Shown here: positions 43,010 through 52,206 of the stretch, piece by piece
How positions within the stretch are numbered: the first letter of the stretch is position 1
Layout of the letters: each line of letters opens with the position of its first letter
Source of the DNA: an uncultured Actinomycetota bacterium
GTDB lineage: Bacteria; Actinomycetota; Actinomycetes; Mycobacteriales; CADCTP01
Length of the DNA stretch: 64,000 nucleotides
Assembly: GCA_963849885.1 (NCBI GenBank)
Contig: CAWKIV010000019.1
Coordinates: 7,517 to 71,516 of the forward strand
Direction of reading: 5' to 3'
The notes under the pieces: model-generated
Told to the model about the DNA's origin: nothing
The model's database searches: none
The model's input: the letters and a program-made list of their open reading frames with translations, nothing else
Position numbers and translations under genes: made by a program

Positions 43010-44026
43010 TTAGAGCAGTCCCGCCTGCTGCATCAGCGCGACCACCTTCGCGCCGTCCAGCTTGCCGATGTCGACGGCCGGCGGGTCCAGCTCGGACAGC
43101 GGCTTGAGCTTGGCGTTGGCGGCGATCCCGGTGCCCACCGGGTATTCCAGGGCGTTGCTGTTCACCAGCGCCTCCTGGCCGCCGCGACCGGTGAGGTATT
43201 GCACGAGCTTCTGCGCGTCCGCCGCGTGGTCGCTGGACTTGAGCACGCCGGCGCCGGAGACGCTGACGAAGCCGCCCGGGTCCTTGCCGCCGAAGAACTT
43301 CAGCTCGACGTCGCGGCTGTTGGCGCCGGACTCGGCCCGGTCCTTGTACCAGTAGTAGTGGTACATCACGCCGGTGCGCACCTCGCCGGAGTTGACCGCG
43401 GCCATCACGGCGACGTTGCTCCGGTAGACCTTCGCGTTGGCCTTCAGGCCCGTCAGCCACGCCTCGGTGGCCGCCTCGCCCTCGGTGGCGAGCACCGCGC
43501 TGACGATGGCCTGGAAGTCGGCGCCGGCCGCGGCGATGCCCACCTGGCCCTTCCACCGCGGGTCGGCCAGGTCCATGATCGACTCCGGCAGGTCGCGCTC
43601 GGGCTGCAGCCCGGGGTTGTACGCGAGCACGGTCGAGCGGGCGGCGAAGCCGACCCAGTCCTTGCCCGAGGAGACGTACGCCGGCGGCACCTGGGCGACG
43701 GTGGCGGCGTCCAGCGGGGCGAACATGCCCTTGCTCGCGACCAGCGTCATGGCCGGCGAATTCTCGGTCAGGAACACGTCGGCCGGGGAGGCGGCGCCTT
43801 CCTGGACCAGCTGGTTGCCCAGCTCGAAGTCGCTGCCGGACCGGATGACCACGTCGATCCCGGTCTCCTTGGCGAAGCCCTGCACCATCACGGTGACCAG
43901 GTCCTCGTGCTGGGCGCTGTAGAGGGTGAGCTCGGCGTCGGACCCGGAGCCGAAGCTGCACGAGGCCGACAGCGCGACCACCGCCGCCCCGACCACCGCT
44001 CCGACCAGCCGACCGCGCCCGCGCAT
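43010..44026 (-). CDS. ferric-iron-type ABC importer substrate-binding lipoprotein (FbpA/AfuA-like)
   Basis: 338-aa ORF with lipobox LSASC-S. LTLYSAQHEDL...VFLTENSPAM...MYHYYWY is typical of Fe(3+)-binding proteins. Confidence 0.9.
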   Translation of the reverse strand: MRGRGRLVGAVVGAAVVALSASCSFGSGSDAELTLYSAQHEDLVTVMVQGFAKETGIDVVIRSGSDFELGNQLVQEGAASPADVFLTENSPAMTLVASKGMFAPLDAATVAQVPPAYVSSGKDWVGFAARSTVLAYNPGLQPERDLPESIMDLADPRWKGQVGIAAAGADFQAIVSAVLATEGEAATEAWLTGLKANAKVYRSNVAVMAAVNSGEVRTGVMYHYYWYKDRAESGANSRDVELKFFGGKDPGGFVSVSGAGVLKSSDHAADAQKLVQYLTGRGGQEALVNSNALEYPVGTGIAANAKLKPLSELDPPAVDIGKLDGAKVVALMQQAGLL

Positions 44027-44045
44027 ACCGATCCCATCGTCCGCC

Positions 44046-44064
44046 TGAGGTTAGGCGAACCTTA
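44046..44064. promoter_or_regulatory. IdeR/DtxR-type iron box candidate
   Basis: TGAGGTTAGGCGAACCTTA matches the consensus TTAGGTTAGGCTAACCTAA at 16/19 positions. It lies 20-38 nt upstream of the binding-protein ATG (44026). Confidence 0.55.
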
Positions 44065-44754
44065 CCTCAGCATCCTGGGTCCGGCCGCCGGCCACCGCAG
44101 GCCGCGGCGGTCGACCGGCTCGGCCAGGACGACCTCCGTGCGGGGGTCGTGCGGCAGCTCCGGGGTCCCGCAGACGATGACGGTGGCCCGCTCCCACGCC
44201 CGGTCCGCGAGCTGGAACGGGTTCTCCTCGGCCATCCACGCCGCGTACGCGGCCGGCGAGGTCTCGCCCGCGGCCACCCGGACGGCGTCGCGCCGGACCA
44301 TCTCGGCGGCGTCGGACTGGACCCAGACCGTCGCGTCCAGCAGCGGCGCCAGCGCCCGGCGGGTGACTCCGACGCCCTCCACGAGCAGCACCCGGGTGCC
44401 GGCCGGCACCTCGATCGCGCCCGGCCGGCCGCGCTCGTCCCACTTCGGCGGCCGGTACGCCACCGGCTCGCCGCGGCGCACCGGCTCGAGCACCCCGGCG
44501 GCGAGCAGCCGGTCCCAGTCGAGCACCGCGTGGTGCCAGGCGATGTCATCGGTGTGCACCACGGCCGAGCGCGGGATCGCGGCGGCCAGCCGGCCGGCCA
44601 GCGTGGTCTTGCCGCCGGAGCTGCGCCCGCCGATGCCGAGCACGGCCGGCCGGTCCGGCGGGGGACCGGCGGCGGTCAGCAGCCGGTCCACCAGCTCGGC
44701 CAGCGGCCGGACCCGCCACGGACCGGCCGCGGGCTCGCCCTCGTGGGGCACCAT
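44062..44754 (-). CDS. P-loop nucleoside/nucleotide kinase-like protein (uridine-kinase family)
   Basis: 230-aa ORF with Walker A GIGGRSSGGKTTLA followed by VVHTDD and LLVEGVG. Confidence 0.7.
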   Translation of the reverse strand: MVPHEGEPAAGPWRVRPLAELVDRLLTAAGPPPDRPAVLGIGGRSSGGKTTLAGRLAAAIPRSAVVHTDDIAWHHAVLDWDRLLAAGVLEPVRRGEPVAYRPPKWDERGRPGAIEVPAGTRVLLVEGVGVTRRALAPLLDATVWVQSDAAEMVRRDAVRVAAGETSPAAYAAWMAEENPFQLADRAWERATVIVCGTPELPHDPRTEVVLAEPVDRRGLRWPAAGPRMLR

Positions 44755-44763
44755 GCCCGCACC

Positions 44764-45978
44764 CTAGCCAGCGGCCCGGACTGCGGCTCGGGAGCGGGTG
44801 GCGGCGCGAGCGAGCAGCAGCACCGCCGGGACCGCCAGCAGGCCGGTGCCGAGCAGCGCCGCCCGGACCGAGGCCCGCTCGCCGAGCACTCCGACCGGCG
44901 GCCCGCCGAGTACCTGGCCGGCCGCATCGACCTGGGCCGTCACCGACAGCACGGTGGCCCGGCTCGCCGGCTCGGTCTCGGCCACCAGCCAGGTGTCCAG
45001 CAGCGGCGCCGCCGCGGACCGCAGCAGGCCGCTGACCAACCACGCCCCGACCGCCCACCAGAAGCCGCCGGCCAGCGCGAAGACGACCGTGGCCAGCACC
45101 CGGCCCAGCTCGAAACCGGCCAGCAGCAGCCCGACCTGCCGCGGCCGGGTGGCGTCCACCCGCCGCCGCACGGCCTCGGTGAGCAGCACCGCGCCGAGCA
45201 GCGCGGCGGCACTCATCGCGCCGAACCAGAGCACCGGCGGGCCGAGCGCCGGGAAGGCGAGGTCGTCGAGGAAGTGCGCCGGGGACAGCCGGTCCCAGCC
45301 CTCGCTGCCGAGGCCGAGGAAGAAGATCGCGCCGACCAGCGCCAGCAGCACCGGCGCGGCGCGGATCGCGCGGACCGCTCCGCCGAGCTGCTCGCCCACC
45401 GCCGCGCCGGCCGGGCGCCGGGGCGGCGGCACGAACTGATGCTCCGGCATGCCGGCGGCCAGCACCGCCGCGAGCAGCAGCCAGCAGCCGCCGCCGACCA
45501 CCAGCGGCAGCGCCAGCGAGACGCTCGCGGCGAGCACGGCGGCCCCGATGCCGAGGACCGCGCCGAGCTGGGACAGCTGGGCGCCGCGGGCGAACGCCGG
45601 GCCGACCCGATCGTCGCCGAGCTCGCCGGCCGCCCAGGCCTGCTCGGCACCGTCGACGCAGGTGCTGCCGACGCCCCACACCGCGGTGCCGAGCAGCACC
45701 CCGGCGAAGCTCGGGACGAGGCCCTCGACCAGCGCCCCGGTGCCGAGCAGCAGGAAACCGACGACCACCGCGAGCCGGCGGCTGCGGAGGTCGGCGAAGA
45801 CGCCCGTCGGCACCTGGGCGAGGAAGCAGACCACCTCCAGCGCGGTGCCGACCGTGACGAGCTGCAGCGGGCCGAGACCGACGGTCTCGACCTGGTAGAC
45901 GAGGTTGAGGGTGAACGCGCAGGCGCCGGCGAAGGAGCCGAGCCCGCGCAGGAGGAGGTACGAAGGGTAGGCGCGCAC
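44764..45978 (-). CDS. MFS transporter
   Basis: 404-aa ORF with about 12 hydrophobic segments. FADLRSRR forms the MFS loop 2-3 motif. Confidence 0.85.
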   Translation of the reverse strand: MRAYPSYLLLRGLGSFAGACAFTLNLVYQVETVGLGPLQLVTVGTALEVVCFLAQVPTGVFADLRSRRLAVVVGFLLLGTGALVEGLVPSFAGVLLGTAVWGVGSTCVDGAEQAWAAGELGDDRVGPAFARGAQLSQLGAVLGIGAAVLAASVSLALPLVVGGGCWLLLAAVLAAGMPEHQFVPPPRRPAGAAVGEQLGGAVRAIRAAPVLLALVGAIFFLGLGSEGWDRLSPAHFLDDLAFPALGPPVLWFGAMSAAALLGAVLLTEAVRRRVDATRPRQVGLLLAGFELGRVLATVVFALAGGFWWAVGAWLVSGLLRSAAAPLLDTWLVAETEPASRATVLSVTAQVDAAGQVLGGPPVGVLGERASVRAALLGTGLLAVPAVLLLARAATRSRAAVRAAG

Positions 45979-46106
45979 GCCGAGGTCTCCCGGAAGGGCA
46001 GGGGGTCCTACGGCGCCGGGGACCGGCGCGGGCGCGTCAGCGGACGCGGGCGGCCGTCAGGGCACCGGAGGAGGGGACGGCGCGGACGGCTGACATGCCG
46101 GGCAGG

Positions 46107-47405
46107 TTAGCCGCCGGCCTGGTCGGGCGCACCCGGATTCCCGTCCTCGGCCGCGTCGGCCGGGTGCCACCGCGCCCGGCCGGTCTCCGGGTCGAAGACG
46201 TGCGCCCGGGCCGCGGCCACCGCCACCCGGATCGCGTCGCCGACCCGGACCGCCGCCCGCGGCGGGAAGAGCGCGCGCAGCGTGGCGCCGGACGAGGTGC
46301 CGGCGGACAGCGCCGCGCCCGGCGCGGTCACCGGTGCGGCGCCGACCGCGAGGGTCAGCACGTTGTGCCGGCCGGTGTACTCCGCCGCCGTCACCACGGC
46401 GTCCAGCGCCACCTGCTCCGGGTTGGTGCCGGCGGTCGCGTCGTGCACGTCCTCGGCGCGCAGGCCGATGACCACCGGTCGCCCGACGTACGGCCGCAGC
46501 GGCTCCGGCACCGGCCGCCAGAGCGGCAGCGTCCGGGTGCCCACCTCGAAGCCGGCCAGCCCGCCGGAGGTCACCAGCCGGGCCGGCAGCAGCCCGATCG
46601 GCGGGCTGCCGACGAAGCCGCAGACGACCAGGTCGACCGGCCGCTCGTACAGGTCCATCGGCTGGCCGACCTGCACGATCTCGCCCTCGTGCAGCAGCGC
46701 GAGGCGGTCGGCGACGGCGAGCGCCTCGGCCTGGTCGTGGGTGACGTAGACGGTGGTGACGCCGAGCGAGCGGACCACCTCGACGATCTGCCGGCGGACC
46801 CGGAGCCGCTGCGCGGCGTCCAGGTGGGCCAGCGGCTCGTCCAGCAGGAAGACCTCCGGCACCCGGACCAGCGCCTTGCCGATGCCGACCAGGCCGCGCT
46901 CGCCCTCGGACAGCTGCGCCGGCTTGCGCGGCAGCAGCCGGCCCAGCCGCAGCTGCCGCGCCCGGCTGGTCACCCGCTGCTCGATCTCGGCCTCCGGCAG
47001 CCGGGCCGCCTTCAGGCTCCAGCCGAGGTTGCGGGACACGTCCAGGAAGGGCACCAGCGCGGAGGACTCGAAGACCATCGAGACGTGCCGCTCGCCCGGC
47101 GGCGAGTCGGTGACCCGGCGGCCGCGGACCAGCACGTCGCCGCGGTCCGCCCGGGCCAGCCCGGCGATCACCCGCAGCAGGCTGGACTTGCCGCTGCCGG
47201 AGGCGCCGAGCACCACCAGCAGCTCGCCGTCGCCGGCCAGCAGGGTGACGTCGTTGAGCACCGGCGAGCCGTCCCGGGTCAGCGTGACCCCCCGGACCCC
47301 GGTGCCGCCGGTGCCGCCGGCACCGCCCGGGCCGCCGGCACCGCCCGGGCCGCCGGCACCGCCCGGGCCGCCGGCACCGCCCGGGCCGCCGGGTCGCCGG
47401 GCCAC
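46107..47405 (-). CDS. MalK/MsiK-like ABC ATPase paralogue with degenerate Q-loop and signature motif and a Gly-rich repeat N-terminus
   Basis: 432-aa ORF. Walker A GASGSGKSS, Walker B VFLLDEP and H-loop VTHDQ are intact. The Q-loop reads VFESSAL and the signature reads LSEGERGL (the canonical neighbour has VFQSYAL and LSGGQRQR). The only start codon in frame is GTG 47405, which puts (PGGAGG)x4 at the N-terminus. Confidence 0.8.
   Translation of the reverse strand: MARRPGGPGGAGGPGGAGGPGGAGGPGGAGGTGGTGVRGVTLTRDGSPVLNDVTLLAGDGELLVVLGASGSGKSSLLRVIAGLARADRGDVLVRGRRVTDSPPGERHVSMVFESSALVPFLDVSRNLGWSLKAARLPEAEIEQRVTSRARQLRLGRLLPRKPAQLSEGERGLVGIGKALVRVPEVFLLDEPLAHLDAAQRLRVRRQIVEVVRSLGVTTVYVTHDQAEALAVADRLALLHEGEIVQVGQPMDLYERPVDLVVCGFVGSPPIGLLPARLVTSGGLAGFEVGTRTLPLWRPVPEPLRPYVGRPVVIGLRAEDVHDATAGTNPEQVALDAVVTAAEYTGRHNVLTLAVGAAPVTAPGAALSAGTSSGATLRALFPPRAAVRVGDAIRVAVAAARAHVFDPETGRARWHPADAAEDGNPGAPDQAGG
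47313..47384. repeat. 18-bp tandem repeat GCCGCCGGCACCGCCCGG x4 (perfect), with degenerate copies on both sides
   Basis: Perfect copies start at 47313, 47331, 47349 and 47367. Related sequence continues across the intergenic gap into the 3' end of the alpha-glucosidase gene (to about 47440). Confidence 0.9.
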
Positions 47406-47426
47406 CGGTGCCGCCCGGGCCGCCGG

Positions 47427-49136
47427 TCACCCCGGGCCGCCGTTGGCCGGCGGTGCGGTGGCCGCCGGGAGGGCGGTGTCCAGCCAGGCGGTGGTGTCCG
47501 GCGGCAGCGCGGCGCCGGCCACCGGGCCGCTGGCCAGCAGCACCCGGGTGCCGGGCGGCAGCGGCACCGGCCGGTCGGTGAGGTTGACCAGGCAGCCGAA
47601 GCCGGGGTCGCGGGCGAAGGCGAGCACGCCGGCCGGTGCGTCCTGCCAGCACAGCGTGCCGTCGCCGAGGGCCGGGTGGGACCGGCGCAGCCGCAGCGCG
47701 GCCCGGTGCAGCTCCAGCGCCGAGGCCGGGTCGCCGTCCTGCACGGCGACGGCGAGCCGGCCCCAGCCCGGCGGCTGCGGCAGCCACGGCCGCGACCCGG
47801 CCGGCCCGAAGCCGTACGGCGGGCCGCCGGCCGTCCACGGCAGCGGCACCCGGCAGCCGTCCCGGCCGCGCCGGGTGTGCCCGGACCGGGTCCACTCCGG
47901 GTCCTGCAGCGCCTGCTCGGGCAGGTCCTCGACCTCCGGCAGGCCGAGCTCGTCGCCCTGGTAGAGGTACGCGCTGCCGGGCAGCGCGAGCATCAGCAGC
48001 GCCGCCGCCCGGGCCCGGCGGGTGCCGGCGGCCGGGTCCGCCGGCCGCCCGGCCAGCTGGTGCAGGGCGTACTGCGGGCCGTCGCCCGGCACCCGGGCGT
48101 ACCGGGAGACCGGCCGCACGGTGTCGTGATTGGACAGCACCCAGGTGGGCGGCGCGCCGACCGAGGCGTGCTCGACCAGGATGGTGTCGATCGCCCGGCG
48201 CAGGTCGGCCGCCCGCCACGGGGAGACCAGGAAGTCGAAGCCGAAGGCGGTGTGCAGCTCGCCCGGCCGGACGTACCGGGCCAGCCGCTCCGGCCCGTCC
48301 ACCCAGGCCTCGGCGACGAAGACGCGCGGCTCGTCGTACGAGTCCGCGACCGCCCGCCACTCCCGGTAGACCTGGTGCACCTCGTCCCGGTCCCAGTGCG
48401 GGTGCTCGCCCGGCGGCCAGGCCGGCGCGTCGGTGAGCAGCTCCGGCGGGGTGCCGGTGCCGACGTCGGGCAGGCCCTCCTGCTTGACCAGCGAGTGCGC
48501 GACGTCGATCCGGAAGCCGTCGATGCCGCGGTCGAACCAGAAGGCCAGCGTCTTCTCGAAGTCCGCCCGCACCTCCGGGTGGGTCCAGTCCAGGTCCGGC
48601 TGCTCGGCCGCGAACAGGTGCAGGTACCACTCGCCGGGCCGGCCGTCCGGCTCGGTCACCCGGGTCCACGCGGCGGTGCCGAAGACGCTCTGCCAGTCGT
48701 TCGGCGGCTCGTCGCCGGCCGGCCCGCGGCCGGGGCGGAACAGGTAGCGGCGCCGCTCGGCCGAGCCCGGGCCGGCCGCCACCGCGGCCCGGAACCACGG
48801 GTGCTGGTCGGAGGTGTGGTTGGGCACGATGTCCAGCAGCACCCGCAGCCCCAGCCGGTGCGCGTCCACGACCAGCGCCTCCGCCTCGGCCAGCGAGCCG
48901 AAGCGCGGGTCGACGTCCCGGTAGTCGGCCACGTCGTAGCCGCCGTCCACCAGCGGCGACGGATACCACGGGTTGACCCAGAGCGCGTCCACGCCGAGGT
49001 CGCGCAGGTACGGCAGCCGGGACCGCAGCCCGGCCACGTCACCCGAGCCGTCCCCGTCCGTGTCCGCGAAGCTGCGGAGGTAGACCTGGTAGACCACGGC
49101 GTCCCGCCACCACGGCCCGCCGCCGGAGTTGTCCAC
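47427..49136 (-). CDS. GH13 alpha-glucosidase (oligo-1,6-glucosidase/trehalose-6-P hydrolase-like)
   Basis: 569-aa ORF. WWRDAVVYQVYLRSFADTDGDGSGD, DIVPNHTS, GFRIDVAHS, and the other conserved GH13 regions are present. Confidence 0.92.
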   Translation of the reverse strand: MDNSGGGPWWRDAVVYQVYLRSFADTDGDGSGDVAGLRSRLPYLRDLGVDALWVNPWYPSPLVDGGYDVADYRDVDPRFGSLAEAEALVVDAHRLGLRVLLDIVPNHTSDQHPWFRAAVAAGPGSAERRRYLFRPGRGPAGDEPPNDWQSVFGTAAWTRVTEPDGRPGEWYLHLFAAEQPDLDWTHPEVRADFEKTLAFWFDRGIDGFRIDVAHSLVKQEGLPDVGTGTPPELLTDAPAWPPGEHPHWDRDEVHQVYREWRAVADSYDEPRVFVAEAWVDGPERLARYVRPGELHTAFGFDFLVSPWRAADLRRAIDTILVEHASVGAPPTWVLSNHDTVRPVSRYARVPGDGPQYALHQLAGRPADPAAGTRRARAAALLMLALPGSAYLYQGDELGLPEVEDLPEQALQDPEWTRSGHTRRGRDGCRVPLPWTAGGPPYGFGPAGSRPWLPQPPGWGRLAVAVQDGDPASALELHRAALRLRRSHPALGDGTLCWQDAPAGVLAFARDPGFGCLVNLTDRPVPLPPGTRVLLASGPVAGAALPPDTTAWLDTALPAATAPPANGGPG

Positions 49137-49153
49137 AGTGGACCCGTAGCGGA

Positions 49154-50347
49154 TCAGCCGCGCACGGCCAGCCCGGTTTCCGGGTCGAAGAAGTGCATCC
49201 GCTCCCGGTCCACCACGACCTCGATCTCGTCGCCGGGCCGCACCCGGGACCGCGGCGCGAACGACGCGACGAACGGGTTGCCCTCCTGCGCGGTCGGGAC
49301 GTCCTCGGTGCCGGCGTCCTTCTCCAGCTCCTTGGTGTCCTCGGTGACCACCCGCGGCGAGTCGATGCAGAAGTGGACCATGATCTCCGACCCGAGCGCC
49401 TCGGTCAGGTTCACGGTCGCCCGCATCCGGGCGTCCTCCGGGGCGTCCCGGGCGATGCGGGCGTCCTCCATGTCCTCGCTGCGGATGCCGACGGCGATCT
49501 CCCGGCCGGCGTAGCCGGCCAGCGCGGGCCGCGCGGACACCACGTCCGCCGGCAGCGGCAGCACGGCGCCGCCGAGGGTCAGCACCAGCCCGTCGCCGTG
49601 GCGCTCCAGCCGGCCGATCGCCATGTTCATCGGCGGGGAGCCGATGAAGCCGGCCACGAAGAGGTTGTCCGGGTGGTCGTAGAGGTACTGCGGGTTGCCG
49701 ACCTGCTGCAGCACGCCGGCCTTCATCAGCGCGACCCGGTCGCCCATGGTCATCGCCTCGGTCTGGTCGTGCGTCACGTAGATGGTGGTGACGTCGAGGT
49801 CCCGCTGCACCTGGGCGATCTCGGCCCGCATCTGCACCCGCAGCTTCGCGTCCAGGTTGGACAGCGGCTCGTCCATGAGGAAGACCTGCGGCTCCCGGAC
49901 GATCGCCCGGCCCATCGCCACCCGCTGCCGCTGGCCGCCGGACAGCTGCTTGGGCTTGCGGCTGAGCAGCGGGCCGAGCTCCAGCATGTCGGCCGCCTTC
50001 TGCACCCGGCGCTCGATCTCGGCCTTGTCCATCCGGCGGATCTTCAGCCCGTACGCGATGTTGTCGGCGACGCTCATGTGCGGGTAGAGCGCGTACGACT
50101 GGAAGACCATGGCGATGTCCCGCTCCCGCGAGGACAGCGTGTTCACCACCCGGTCGCCGATCCGCAGGGTGCCGGTGCTGATGTCCTCGAGCCCGGCCAC
50201 CATCCGCAGCGCGGTGCTCTTGCCGCAGCCGGACGGGCCGACCAGCACCAGGAACTCGCCGTCCGCGATGTCCAGGTCCAGGTCCTTGACCGCGTGGAAG
50301 CCGTTCTCGTACTGCTTGTTGACCTTGTCCAGCACTACCTCGGCCAC
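49154..50347 (-). CDS. canonical sugar ABC importer ATPase (MsiK/MalK/UgpC type)
   Basis: 397-aa [53 protein letters not shown] and a C-terminal regulatory domain are present. Confidence 0.93.
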   Translation of the reverse strand: MAEVVLDKVNKQYENGFHAVKDLDLDIADGEFLVLVGPSGCGKSTALRMVAGLEDISTGTLRIGDRVVNTLSSRERDIAMVFQSYALYPHMSVADNIAYGLKIRRMDKAEIERRVQKAADMLELGPLLSRKPKQLSGGQRQRVAMGRAIVREPQVFLMDEPLSNLDAKLRVQMRAEIAQVQRDLDVTTIYVTHDQTEAMTMGDRVALMKAGVLQQVGNPQYLYDHPDNLFVAGFIGSPPMNMAIGRLERHGDGLVLTLGGAVLPLPADVVSARPALAGYAGREIAVGIRSEDMEDARIARDAPEDARMRATVNLTEALGSEIMVHFCIDSPRVVTEDTKELEKDAGTEDVPTAQEGNPFVASFAPRSRVRPGDEIEVVVDRERMHFFDPETGLAVRG

Positions 50348-50371
50348 GGAGGGCTCCTTCCGGAGAACTGG

Positions 50372-52204
50372 TCAGGCGAGCTGCCAGACACAGAATGCGG
50401 GCCCGTCGCCGGGCAGGGACACGACGCCGTCGGCGTCCGGACGCAGCGGTGGCCCGCCGCCGTAGACGGTCTCCGCCTCCGTGGCGAGACCGAGGCCGGA
50501 CGCGGGCAGCCGCACCGGGTCGTGCGGTGCCCGCGCGGCCAGCACGAGCAACCGCTCCTGCTCGCTCTCGCGCAGGTAGACCAGCGCGTCGCCGGCAGCG
50601 TGCACCCAGCGCATCCCGCCGCGGCGCAGCGCGCGGCGGGACCGGCGCAGCGCCGCCAGCGTGCGGTAGGTGCCCAGCGTCCGCCGGTCCCAGCTGTCCG
50701 GCCGGTGCCAGGGGAAGGGCCGGCGGGCATCCTCACCGAGGACACCCTGGGTGCCGATCTCGTCCCCGGCGAAGACCATGGGCGCGCCGGGCATGGTGAA
50801 CAGCAGCCCGGCGGCGACCTCGGCGAGCTCGACGGTTCCGACGACCGTGCGGATGCGCGCGGTGTCGTGCGAGCCGAGCAACGACCAGGAGGTGGCCGTC
50901 GCCCGCCACGGCACGGCGGCGGCGAACGCGCGGGACGTGTGCAGCACCGACTCCGCGCCCAGGCGTGGCACGCCGACCGGCAGGCCGAGGAAGGGGAGGT
51001 CGGACTGGCGCAGCCAGGACCACACCGGCCGGGTGAACCCGGGGTAGTTCATCGTCCCGTGCCACCGGTCGCCGGCCAGGTCGGGTGACGCGTCATGGCT
51101 GTGCTCGGCCAGCAGCAGCCCGTCCGGCGTCTGCTCGGCCAGGGTGGCGCGCAGGGTGGTCGCCACCTCGGCGTTGAAGTCGTCCGCGGCGTGCCGGCCG
51201 GTCATGTTGGCCACGTCCACCCGCCAGCCGTCCAGGCCGAACGGAGGCCGCAGCCAGCGGCCGGCCACCGAGTCGGCACCCTCGATCAGGCGGCGGCGCA
51301 GCTCGGTGGAGCTGAACCGGAACTTCGGCAGCGTGCTGTGGCCGAGCCAGCCCTCGTAGGCGTCGTCGTGTGGGCCCGGGAAGTAGAAGAAGCCGCGCTC
51401 CCGGGAGTCGCGGTCCTCGCGCGCCCGGCGGAACCAGGCATGGGTGTCGCCGCAGTGGTTCGCGGTCAGGTCACCGACCAGGTGCCAGCCGCGGGCGTGC
51501 ACCTCCTGCGACAGCCGCGCCAGCGCCTTGTCCCCGCCGAGCAGGGGGTCGACCTCGTCGAAGCTGGTGGCGTTGTAGCGGTGGTTGGACTCGGCCGGGA
51601 AGAACGGGGTCAGGTAGATCGTGTCGGCACCGATCGAGGCGATGTGGTCCAGGTGCTCGACGATCCCGTCCAGGTCGCCGCCGAACAGCTGCAGGGGGGT
51701 CGCCGCACCCTGGAACTCGACCGCATCGTCCCACCCGGCCGGTCGGGCCCACCCGGGCAGCGGCCGGGAGTCCGCCGCCGCCGAGCGGGCGAAGCGATCC
51801 GGGAAAATCTGGTAGACGATCGCGTCGCCGGCCCATCCGGGGGGCGGGTAGGTGGAGATCCGGAAGTCCTCGGCGTCGGTCAGGTCGTACGGGTGGGGGC
51901 CGGTGCCGTTGAGCCAGCGGTAGCCGCCCGGCCCGCCGTCGAGCAGGAACCGGTAGTTGGTCAGCGGGTTGCGCATGTCCACGTCGCAGCGCCACCAGGT
52001 CTCCCACGGCGTGCTGCGGTCGATCCGTCCGGGCGCGAAGTGCGGCTCGGCGTCGGGTGTCGTACGCACCCACACCCCGGTCGCGCCGTCGCCGTGCGGG
52101 ACCCGGACGAACACCGGCACGGTGTCGCCCGGGTCCGGCGCCTGCTCCGGCACGTACAGCTCCGAGCCGTCGTGGTGCGGCTCGTCGAGCGGGGGGACGG
52201 CCAC
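50372..52204 (-). CDS. GH13 intracellular alpha-amylase-family enzyme (maltodextrin glucosidase/neopullulanase-like)
   Basis: GTG 52204 lies 2 nt after the malG stop, within ORF 50372..52627. It has an N-terminal domain followed by DAIVYQIFPDRF, GDLTANHCG, GWRVDVAN, LAEHSHD and LLGSHD. Confidence 0.85.
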   Translation of the reverse strand: MAVPPLDEPHHDGSELYVPEQAPDPGDTVPVFVRVPHGDGATGVWVRTTPDAEPHFAPGRIDRSTPWETWWRCDVDMRNPLTNYRFLLDGGPGGYRWLNGTGPHPYDLTDAEDFRISTYPPPGWAGDAIVYQIFPDRFARSAAADSRPLPGWARPAGWDDAVEFQGAATPLQLFGGDLDGIVEHLDHIASIGADTIYLTPFFPAESNHRYNATSFDEVDPLLGGDKALARLSQEVHARGWHLVGDLTANHCGDTHAWFRRAREDRDSRERGFFYFPGPHDDAYEGWLGHSTLPKFRFSSTELRRRLIEGADSVAGRWLRPPFGLDGWRVDVANMTGRHAADDFNAEVATTLRATLAEQTPDGLLLAEHSHDASPDLAGDRWHGTMNYPGFTRPVWSWLRQSDLPFLGLPVGVPRLGAESVLHTSRAFAAAVPWRATATSWSLLGSHDTARIRTVVGTVELAEVAAGLLFTMPGAPMVFAGDEIGTQGVLGEDARRPFPWHRPDSWDRRTLGTYRTLAALRRSRRALRRGGMRWVHAAGDALVYLRESEQERLLVLAARAPHDPVRLPASGLGLATEAETVYGGGPPLRPDADGVVSLPGDGPAFCVWQLA

Positions 52205-52206
52205 GA

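Noticed and set aside
46010-46097. 29-codon upstream ORF (MSAVRARPLLRCPDGRPRPLTRPRRSPAP) before the MFS transporter gene
   Set aside because: It has no RBS, an Arg/Pro-rich composition and no recognisable leader-peptide logic. It is probably a chance ORF.
46057-49514. 970-aa (minus) and 1139-aa (plus) ORFs covering the alpha-glucosidase/ATPase region
   Set aside because: These are out-of-frame or antisense shadows of the GH13 alpha-glucosidase and the ABC ATPase. Their translations are Arg/Pro/Gly/Ala-rich and show no domain-like motifs.
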